From positions 40,938 through 104,937 of the forward strand of contig DF236959.1 of the NCBI GenBank assembly GCA_000708835.1: a stretch of DNA of 64,000 bases. Direction: 5' to 3'. Below are positions 1 through 9,522 of this stretch, piece by piece; position 1 is the first letter of the stretch, and each line of letters starts with the position of its first letter. The translations under genes and the position numbers were made by a program. A model generated the notes under the pieces. That model made no database searches, had not been told where the DNA came from, and saw only the letters and a list, made by a program, of their open reading frames with translations. Source of the DNA: Klebsormidium nitens. Lineage: Eukaryota; Plantae; Klebsormidiophyceae.

Positions 1-10
1 TAACCGAATT

Positions 11-1117
11 CTAACACGACACCCCCGCTTGCAAAAGACCCGCCGTTAGGGCGGCAGCAGTCTCGTTGCTCAGCACGGCCGTGGTCCCCATGCTGATACA
101 GACGACAGACCCGGGGGCTTTTCCGTCGAGCCAGTTCCGCAGGGGGGCCGGAACGGCCTTCTCCGGCGGAATGAGGGGCCCCGTGTAGATGGCGCTTGGC
201 GGCGTGGCCACTGGGAAGTCCACCCCGGGCGCGCTGTTGATGACGTAAGCGACGCGGCGCTGAGTCAGCGGGACGGCTGCGTACGTCGCCGGGAGGGTGG
301 TCATGCGCGCGGTCGCGTTTGCGGCGGCAATGACACGTGGCAAGACCCAGTACTTTACATACCCCGCGATCACGGTGTTGAACAAGCTCCGCGCGCCGTG
401 GTTCTTGAGCCTCTGGGGAAAGGTCATCGGGACCCCGAGGCGCGAGCCGAGCGCGGGATGAGGCCAGTCTGGGGGGATGTGCGGGTTGGGCGACGGGACG
501 TTTCTAACGACCGGAAGGCCGTACTTCGCCCCCAGCCACGTTCCCGTGACGGCCATCGTGAAGTCCGTGACCAGCACGCTCGGAAGGCGGTCCCTCGCGG
601 CGAGCGCCGCGAAAAGATCGTCGGCCGCGAGCGCCATTTGCACGTCCGCCGCGACAAGCATGTTGAGCATGCGCGGGAGGTTGGCGAGCGCCGTGTGCGC
701 CCCCGCCCGGTTCACCCGGTTGATCCGGTCCTGGTCGACGTGGCTCTCGCCGAGTGGAGTGAACTCCACCCCAGCCGCCTCGACGTGTCCCCGGGGAAAC
801 GCGCGCGGGCCGTCGGGCCCCAGCGTCAGGCTCATGAAAGTGACGTCTTGGCCACGTGACAGCAGCGTTTGCGCGAGCGCGAGCGGGGCGAACAAGTGCC
901 CGGCCTGGGGGAGCGTCACGATTGCGATGTGCTGTTTTGGGCAGGGGAGATCAAGCCCCCGGTGAAAGCTGGCTGACTGCAACTGGGGGGATCCCTGCTG
1001 TTTCTCAACGGATTGTTGAATAAGCAGGCCGGCGGCAGCTGGTTTGAGCAGAGATGAGCTAAGGAGTGCTAAGCAGAATAGCAGAGGAACGCTATGGCTC
1101 AAAGCATTTGCTGCCAT
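11..1117 (-). CDS. UDP-glycosyltransferase (GT1), first exon; C-terminal part lies beyond the left edge
   Basis: 368-aa ORF with an N-terminal hydrophobic signal peptide, the N-terminal catalytic-His motif HIAIVTLPQAGHLFAPLALAQTLLSRGQDVTF, VLVTDF, MTFPQRLKN, VDFPVATPPSAIYTGPL and WLDGKAPGSVVCISMGT. The nucleotide-sugar-binding signature is not in the window, so the ORF stop at 11 is presumably intronic. Confidence 0.9.
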   Translation of the reverse strand: MAANALSHSVPLLFCLALLSSSLLKPAAAGLLIQQSVEKQQGSPQLQSASFHRGLDLPCPKQHIAIVTLPQAGHLFAPLALAQTLLSRGQDVTFMSLTLGPDGPRAFPRGHVEAAGVEFTPLGESHVDQDRINRVNRAGAHTALANLPRMLNMLVAADVQMALAADDLFAALAARDRLPSVLVTDFTMAVTGTWLGAKYGLPVVRNVPSPNPHIPPDWPHPALGSRLGVPMTFPQRLKNHGARSLFNTVIAGYVKYWVLPRVIAAANATARMTTLPATYAAVPLTQRRVAYVINSAPGVDFPVATPPSAIYTGPLIPPEKAVPAPLRNWLDGKAPGSVVCISMGTTAVLSNETAAALTAGLLQAGVSC

Positions 1118-2679
1118 CTTGAATGTTGAATGTGCACCTAAGAGGAAGGGGACTTGGGCTCTGCTTCAGTTCTATGAGCTGCCAACCGGGCAGAATACAG
1201 TCAAAGTGGGTGTTCTACGCTCTCAGGCCTGCGGTGTGAATGCTGCGCTTCATATTTATTAACACCAATCAAGTATCTGCTGGATCAAGAGATTCGTGCA
1301 AGAATTGGGGCGCAGACATGCCCCCTTGCTTTTGGACCTTATGATCGTGGGACGTAATTGTAGGACGCTGGATCAGAAATTGCAGATCAAGAGCTGCCCC
1401 AGCTGAAGCGATTACAGACTCGCGTTTGATCACTATCCCGAATGCTGCCTCCAGTGCCTTGTTGCAAATGGATAGCCCGTTTGAAAAGCGAGTGTGCCCC
1501 GCGCTATCAATGCCGTTTGTAATTTGTATCAAACAGGAGCTTTCATGCCCGGCGTATGCATGGGTGGCCGGCCGCCATTGCCAAGTTCTGAGCCCCTTCT
1601 GAAAAAGTCTGCCAGGGACTCCCAGTCTGGGGAGTAATTACTGAAGTCCAAAATGAATCAATCAGGGTAGGACGTATGAAATTAGATCCGGGCGCAATTC
1701 TTCGGCTGCCACTCTAAGCAAGTTGTCCTGATTCGCTTAAAGGCGCCCAGTTACTCTCCAATCCCCACAGTGCTAGCTTATGTTTTGAGAAGTACCTGCG
1801 CGCCAGATACCTCCCTCTAGTGCTCTCCGAAAACTCCGGCATGCACGAGGACATGGAAACTTGGACGCATCAAGGACAGCTGCATTCCTTGATCTTGTCG
1901 CGGATCGAGGTGCTCCCGCTTTTCATGCACAAGCTCATATTCAAGATTCAGAGGGACCACCATACGCTCTGCCGTCTAGCTGCCCTGCATATTGCCAATC
2001 ACATCACAATACCCAGTAGGTACGGTATAAGCATTCGGCCGGGCTTAGGCTTGCCTAATCCTTGATTATGACGTATCCGATCAACGGTTGACAATCCCAC
2101 TTTTTATCGATCGTCGAAAGCTGTTCTTACGCCGTGGATTTGTTCATATCTAATACACGAAACTTCGGCGTCGAAGTCAGCAACCATCCCGAAGTTCGAC
2201 ACAGGATCTTCGCGTGCATACCAGTGGTTACTGTGGTAGACGCAAGCCAACGCTGTATAGTATACGGTATACCGCTCGGGACAGAAACAATGATTGCGGG
2301 ACTCCGGTAATGTAGTAAGTGGTCATCAATATCGTCTACCTACCGGTCTGCGGAGTCATGCCGTGGTTGTAAGACCTTGTGCGGCGCCTACCGGGTACCT
2401 TAAAGAGAGATGCCTCCCGACTCCCAGAGGCGACGGGCCCGGTCAAAGGTGATGCACAATCTATCATAGCGTATGGCTGCTTCCAGGCTCGGCGCCGCTC
2501 CGAGCCGCACGGCTCGGAAATGAATGAGCGCCGGGGCCCAGTATCATGACGGCCTTTGATTGGCCGGAGTTGGCAACCCTAGAACCGGTAGGACTCTCCT
2601 CGGACTCTCCAGGAGGCTGACGGCGCTTGACAGTAACTGCACCATGCCTAGCTGCATGCAAAAGAGGTGATCGATCCCG

Positions 2680-2697
2680 GTGCCACGCGTCATGCTA
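2680..2697 (+). promoter_or_regulatory. G-box/ABRE-like 18-mer in the UGT-BAHD divergent spacer, shared with the CYP upstream region
   Basis: gtgccacgcgtcatgcta here and gtgccacgtgtcatgcta at 17204-17221 (17/18 identical). The core tgccacgtgtca also occurs at 16147. Confidence 0.35.
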
Positions 2698-2897
2698 TGT
2701 GGCCCGCCGTATTAGTCATATCACTGACTTGGACTCAAGAGTTGCTCATATGTGGTGAGCATTCAACATAATGCACCACTGAATGTGAGTTTGTGCGTGT
2801 GCGAACAGAGGCACTGGTAATTGGATCTGGGTCGTTCCGATCCTTGCTGATGCCGGCGGTTTACAGGCTGCCGCCTGTACAAACTGCAGAGTTACTT

Positions 2898-2938
2898 GTT
2901 ACAAGTTACAAGTTACAAGTTACAAGTTACAAGTTACA
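2898..2938 (+). repeat. (GTTACAA)n heptanucleotide microsatellite, five full units plus a partial one
   Basis: Read directly: gttacaa repeated from 2898. Confidence 0.95.
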
Positions 2939-3723
2939 TAGGTACACCTTCACAAGGATAGACTGTGCTTTCTGTCGGCAGATCTCAGAACGAATCATAT
3001 AGAACCATCTGACAGCGCCTGTAAGCCTGTTTAAAAGTGATGGTGTCGACTTTTATCATACTGGAGCTGCTGCTTTCCGAGATACGTCACGGCGTTTGTC
3101 AGCAACTAGATCGATAGCTGGCTGGCGGTTTTGGGGCGGCTTTGTTGGGCACTTGCTGACACGGGTATCCTGGGCCGGAGTCAGCTAATTGACGATTGAT
3201 GGATCTTGACAACGCCATCGATTAATATTGCACGCCCATCGGATGCAAATTAGTCAGCTGGGGTTCCTTTCACTTTAGTAGGTGAAGAGCGCTCCGGTTG
3301 CGCGTATCGCACGCCTTCTTTGAGCTGAAGTGAGCTGGTCATTTGCAGGCTAAGAGATCGTTGCCTTCAGATTCTCCAAAGTTGAGGTCAATAAACCCTT
3401 GCTTGATCTGCTCCCGAGACACACAGGCTTCCTGAAAAGGGTCTGGACGTACTGAGCAAAGACTGGCATGATGCCAGCAAGTCAAGGGCAACCAGATTCA
3501 ACCCCATGAGACGCCGCTAGCTGAGCGGTTCCACAGTTTCAGCATTATTGTGCACCTAATAGGCTGCTGTGACGCAGCTTTGGAAACCCTGTCTTCGCAG
3601 GGAGACACCAGCTAAAATCCCAAGCATATCTGAACTTTCAATGTGATCACACCAAATGCATTTGAGAAACCAGTGGAGAGGCACTCCGAAACCAACGAGT
3701 GACTTTAGCACCGGCTGCCCAAG

Positions 3724-6700
3724 ATGAGGGTCACAGTCGTCAGCGATGAGCTGGTTAAACCGGAAACTTCTAACAGGCAGCATCCAAAGTTCCTCGAGCT
3801 TTCGGTGCTAGATCAGGTTCAGTTCCGGTACCATTGGCCTCCGCTTTTGGCTTTCTTTGACCCACCAAAGGGTGAGTGCCTCTTTTCCCTTCTGAATGCA
3901 TTGTGTTTGGTCTCGCAGCATTTCATAAAGAGAGGCGGTAGGACTTTTCTGTCTTTGTCGTTGATATTCACTCGACCCTTACCCTGCTAGTTGTACCGCT
4001 GGACACGCAGGGGTCCTGGCATTGGGATTCTTAACGGATCACCACACTTTCAAAGAAAGGTTGAGGCTATGGTCATTGCCCATGAGATCCTACACTGAGG
4101 AATGCTTTCAGAAGCTGTAGAGCATTCTCCAATGTAGGATATTAAGGAGAGGAGTCTGTGCCACCGCGATCTCTTCTTTGTCGAAACAGTGACTTCACAC
4201 ATATGATATTGTGCTTATGATCCGGGTCGGGGAAGGCCGAGTCGTTTGTTTCTCCAGGGCTCCTTGTCTAAACCAAAGAATGGAATCATATTTTCTTTCC
4301 TTTTGCACGGCCCCAATCCGCGTTGGATATATTCTCGGGCTGCTTTTGGCTCGATGTTCGCTAGATTTGTAAATGATAGCAACTTCCGCTTACTGACCAC
4401 GTTCCACCGTTCGCATGAATCACGATAGAAAGCCTCGTTCAAAAGAGCAAAAGCGCATTCGCTCGAGCCCTAGTTCCGTTCTACCCCCTTGCCGGGCGGT
4501 TTGTGGTAAGCTCAGCAAGCTGGTCAAGCATCCAGCTCGAAAAATGCTATGTCATTGGCGATTTCACATTCCGCTCGAAGAGCCCTGGTTGAGAAACGCT
4601 TGAATAGCTCTCTGAAGCAGGATGTGAAGAGTCACTGGCAGTCGGCTTGCTCGGTCGAGAGCGGGTCAGTCGAAACGAACAAAAGAAAATTAAACGGACA
4701 GATCTTGATTTGAACTGCCGCTTTTGAATGTGATGAGCAACTAGCGAATCTTTCTTCGACGCTTGCGAATCTGAAAGTCCAGCTTTTCAAAGTCCAGTCG
4801 GTGTGAGAAGCTAAATCGAATGCCGAAATTTACAGCATCGAGCGGAAGGGTGTCTGGCAATCGATTGCAACGACGCCGGCATCCTCGTGCGCGTCGCCGA
4901 GGCAAACTGCAAAACGCCCCAGGCCATTGCCACCGGGATGAACATGGCGGGCTCACAGAAGCTCTACGTCTCCAAGCGGGGAGAGGACGTCACCACGGTA
5001 CCACCCCTGCTGGTGCAGGTACGTACCGCGGCAGACGTGCAATCTGGGGCAGATACGCGGGCCATGACGACAGAGTTCGCCATCTCGATAGAAATACATT
5101 GAGCTTAATCCTCTTCAGGAACGGACGTTCAGAACATTCTGCTGATTCGTCTACGGCAATAGGCTCGATCGAGGAGGTCAAAGTTCCCTTCCTTTCCGGA
5201 TTCATCTTATTAGAATGGCCAGCTACTTGATAACCGCCTTTGACCGATTATTGTGCGTCTAAGGACCCTTATGTAAGTCTGTCGCTCTTGCCGCTCGACA
5301 TTCGACGTACGTGCGTCTTTTCGCAGTGAACTCTTTTCTCTGCGGCCTGCTTACACACCTCCGGCTGCGCACTTTGCTTTCCCTTTCTACTCCGGAGAAA
5401 GCGTCGCGTGCTTCCCTGCTTCGAAACTGCTCACGTTCTCGTTCGCAGTTCACGCGCTTCCAGGACGATGCAATCAGCGTCTCATTCTGCTTCCACCACA
5501 CAGTCTGCGACGCTGCCGGATACTCCATGTTCATCAACTACTGGTCTGAGCTGATGCGGGAAAAGCAGCCGTCCTTGGAGCCCAACCACGAGCGTTTCCG
5601 TCTTCCGGTAAATCTCCCCCTTNNNNNNNNNNNNNNNNNNNNNNNNNNNNNNNNNNNNNNNNNNNNNNNNNNNNNNNNNNNNNNNNNNNNNNNNNNNNNN
5701 NNNNNNNNNNNNNNNNNNNNNNNNNNNNNNNNNNNNNNNNNNNNNNNNNNNNNNNNNNNNNNNNNNNNNNNNNNNNNNNNNNNNNNNNNNNNNNNNNNNN
5801 NNNNNNNNNNNNNNNNNNNNNNNNNNNNNNNNNNNNNNNNNNNNNNNNNNNNNNNNNNNNNNNNNNNNNNNNNNNNNNNNNNNNNNNNNNNNNNNNNNNN
5901 NNNNNNNNNNNNNNNNNNNNNNNNNNNNNNNNNNNNNNNNNNNNNATTTGGCTTAGCTGATGCTGGGAAAGCAGCCGTCCCAGGAGCCCAACAACGAGCG
6001 TCTCCGTCTCCCAGTGAACGTTTTCCCTCCTCTAGTTGTTCTTGTTGAGTCCATTGGGCTGAGCTGATGCTGGGAAAGCAGCCGTCGCGGGGCCCCACTC
6101 TCGACCGTTTCCGCCTTCAGAAAACCCCCCCCTCCCCTCTAGTTGTCTCCGATGAGGCCATTGGGATGCTTGGGACGCAATTTTTCCGGGAGCCTAGTAA
6201 CGACCGCTTCGCCTTCCGGGGAAATCTCCGGAGCCCTCTAGTAATCTTCCACGAGGCCGTTACAGTTCCCCGTCGAACGGCTGGAGTTGTGGGCGCTGTT
6301 AGTTGCTACTCTCGATCTGGTCCTTCACTCAAGATAACCTCATCAAAGTCGACGCCCGCTCTTATGTTGTTGAGCTGTTGCCAGAATCCAACGTTTTGGG
6401 TTTCGTTGCGTGACGGAATCGGAGTGGCCGTAAGTTTTTACCCGTGATTACGGCCAACGGCGTTCTCATCTGAGCAATAATCACGGCCCGATTTGTGATT
6501 CGACAAGTGGTTGGCCAATCAAGCACTCTAATAGCCACCTACCGAACTTGGGTTTGTACAGACTCTCTTCTGAGTTTGCAGGTAACCAGCAAGCCCCTGG
6601 CGAAGGGTACGCGAGCGCCACGCCCAGGAAGACCCGCCATTCCAATCCCTTTGGCCGTAATGCTCATGTTTGGCGTTCCGCTCCTGCGACGGAGAGCGCT

Positions 6701-8693
6701 TCCGTTCGTTCCGGTGCGGCTGCTCGGCTAACCGGACGTGGCGCAATATCGGATAGCCTTCCCCAACGCCAAGCTGAAGGTGTGAGCCACGCTAGCGGAC
6801 TTTGCGGAGCTCTTGGATCAGAAGAACATAGAACTACAGTAGCTTTCCGTGCACCGACTGTTCTGCCTGGCGATAAGTGTCTGCCTTCTCTCTTGCTATG
6901 ATGTCCCGTGAACACAGGTGCCATTCGATTCTGGAAGTACGAATTGGCAGAGCGAAACGGAGCGGAAGTAATGCTGTACTTTCATGAACGGACGGAAACG
7001 ACAGAGCGGAGCGCAAGAGGTGCAAACACCCCGACGACACTCCGCTCAACTCCTGCAATCACAATTAATTAAGAAACTGAAAAGGGTTTCCAAATTTGTT
7101 CAAAAGTCGAAGCGTTTCGCAGATAGATCAACGTCTTGCTTTCGCGTTTTCTTGGAACCATACGGAATTGTGTTGTGTGTCGCTCTAATATTTGACACGT
7201 GTCCTTGCCCTGTCCAACAGGCGCTGAAAGCGGACGCGTCCCAAGGCCTTCCCGCGGGTCGCTTCGTCAGCACCAATGACGCCTTGACCGCGCTCCTGTG
7301 GCTGAGTATCACCGCCGCGCGAGGACTTGACCCGAAGCAGGTGGGCAAGGTTTAGGATTGCAGGTTCTCAATCCTGGACGCTTGACACCAGTGAATTACA
7401 TATTTCCCCTAAATTTTCATCGCCCATCTTTGGGAATCGGGCGGCCTGAGTTTTGCGGACGGCCAAGTCCAAAAGGACTGTGTGCAATCCCGGTCTTGCT
7501 TTTAGAATCTTTCAAGAACTGAGATGCAGAAACAGCATCATCGATAAGGAGGTGTTGACAAAGTCACCATAACCAGTCAAAAGGGCCGCGCCGAATCGGC
7601 AAATGACATCAAATAATCGCGGGGATAGCTAGTAGGTTTCCAACCTTGCTTAAAATATATTTCGAGACATTTGAACCAGTAACCCCGTCGACCTCTTTCG
7701 CAGGTAACACGCCTGGGTTTTCCGGTCAACGTCCGGTCACGGACAGAACCACCTTTGCCGGAAGCCTACTTCGGCAACGCTAGTCTTCTGACGACGGAGT
7801 CCCAGGCAGCGGCGGGGGAGGTCACCACGCAGCCCTTGTCTTGGGTAAGCATTTTTAAATGCTGATTTCGATGCTCTTGTCCTACTTCTCCGTACATGAA
7901 ACTTGGTTCGATAAACCTAGAGGTTTTTGGCATCCTGGTGAAGACAAGATAGTTTGCTCTCTCGCCATTTTCTGAAGGCGTACTTTGACGTGGGTGGTGA
8001 AAGGCCTGCTTCTCCCTTCAGAAGCCTTCAACCTTCAGCAACTCAGAGCTCCGGAAATTCATCAAAATAGGGGGCCGTTAGAGTCGCTGTTCATTTCCAA
8101 TTTCATGTGTTCATGTGAGCTCCGCTTTGCATGCCGGGCTCATTTGCTCACACTTTCAGAATGTAGATTTCAAGAGTTTGCTCGCTCATCAAACAGCTGT
8201 GTCATTCATCTTCAGAAGCGCAGTCACACTTATGCAAACTCGTACCCATTGCCACACAAAACTGCTAAAACACCTTATAAGCCGTGCTCTCTCCAAAAGG
8301 CTGCGTGTTACTCACCCGTCCCCTTCCTCCCCGCGCGCGCAGAGCGCGAGCATCGTGCGCGACACGGTGTCGCGCGTCGACGCCGCGTACGCAAACTCCG
8401 CGCTCGACCAGATCCGCTCGATGCCCGACAAAGACGCGCGCGCGTCGCCGCTTTCGATCCACCGGGGCCCCGATGTATTCCTAACCAGCTTCGTCAAATT
8501 TCCGTTCAACGAAATTGACCTCGGTTGGGGGCCCCCAGTTTCTTTCGGCGTGGCAAATCTGTTATTGGCGCTAGACGGGTTCATAGTGCTGGTCGAAACC
8601 ATGGGGGGAGTGTGCGCGTACGTTGGTTTGCTGGCTAAGCACATGGCGAGACTCTTGGCGGATGAGACGTTCATGAAGTACGTGGGTCTGTAG
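3724..8693 (+). CDS. BAHD-family acyl-CoA transferase, multi-exon
   Basis: Inferred exons: 3724-3871 (MRVTVVSDELVKPETS...LELSVLDQ), 4429-4505 (ALVPFYPLAGRF), 4836-5018 (IDCNDAG...PPLLVQ), 5449-5607 (FTRF...HHTVCDAAG, the HxxxD motif), about 6582-6779 (linker, frame ambiguous), 7221-7340 (ALKADAS...STNDALTALLW), 7704-7844 (VNVRSR...YFGNA) and 8343-8693 (DLGWG, a DFGWG variant). All have GT-AG borders. Confidence 0.9.
5548..6245 (+). repeat. Degenerate tandem repeat of about 105-107 bp copying the 3' end of BAHD exon 4 and its donor; spans the N gap
   Basis: gagctgatgc..gaaagcagccgtc..gagcccaac.acgagcgt.tccgtct recurs at 5548 (exon), 5954, 6061 and, more decayed, at about 6164. Confidence 0.85.
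5623..5945. other. Assembly gap (N run)
   Basis: Run of N bases, flanked by the tandem repeat units. Confidence 1.
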
Positions 8694-9522
8694 CGGGTTA
8701 CTTGGTGATCGTTTAGAAGCTAGGGCTGGGTTAGCCGCCGTTGCGTCTCCTAACCCAGACTATTAGGCTCCATGCGGCTCCTGTCGAAAATCCTGTGATT
8801 TGTGAATTTGTAGGGTTGCGTGCCCCGTTAGGGCAAACTTCCTCTTCCATCGAAGACGGACTATGAATTGCCTTTTGAGTGGACGCTTGTTGATGATTCA
8901 ACCTACGGCTCATGTCAAGCGGTTTCGATCCAGCAATTTGCAGTTTGCAAGATAAGAGTTGAGATGCATGCAGAGGATTGTGTAGATGAATCACGGACAA
9001 AGCGTTCCGGCCTGAGATTCAAGGCACACATGCAACGAACCTTGAATTTGAGCTCAATGAAGGATCCATATACGTCTGCTTCAATCTCAAATACCTACTA
9101 CAGCTTTGATTACGATGCGTCAAACTTAAGTACTACAACCTCGACTACGGTCCTTTTCTTGCCAGTCCCTTTTTCCACAAGCAAGAAAGCTGTCCTTTTT
9201 GAAACGAAAATTGGATCGTGCATCCTTAGCCGTCTTATTAAAGGATTATCCTTCCGACAAAATGATCTTCGTCTCTTTCTTACAATTCTACTACAGACCC
9301 TACCTATATCGGTACTGTCACAAATTCACCCGTCTTCTTCTTTCACCTCAATTATCGCGTTTTGTACTTTACCACTCGGTCTTGGAAGCCTTTTGAAGCT
9401 TAAAAACTCTCACAATACCCAAAAGCGCAAGCCAAATCCACTTGAGCGAACGAACAGCACTCCACAGAAGCTCCGCGAAACCACCGAGACGCGCGCGCGC
9501 TTTGCAGGCGCGCGCACTTTTC

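Noticed and set aside
398-965. Antisense ORFs over the UGT exon, and similar ones over the CYP, ALA, FUT and PF20 exons
   Set aside because: Shadow ORFs caused by high GC3 in the real coding frame.
5311-6098. Long ORFs spanning the N run
   Set aside because: Artefacts of translating through ambiguous bases.
5548-6245. Repeat arrays here and at 34625-34950 considered as CRISPR-like
   Set aside because: The units are contiguous degenerate tandem copies of exon sequence, with no constant repeat/unique spacer structure and no cas genes; the context is eukaryotic.
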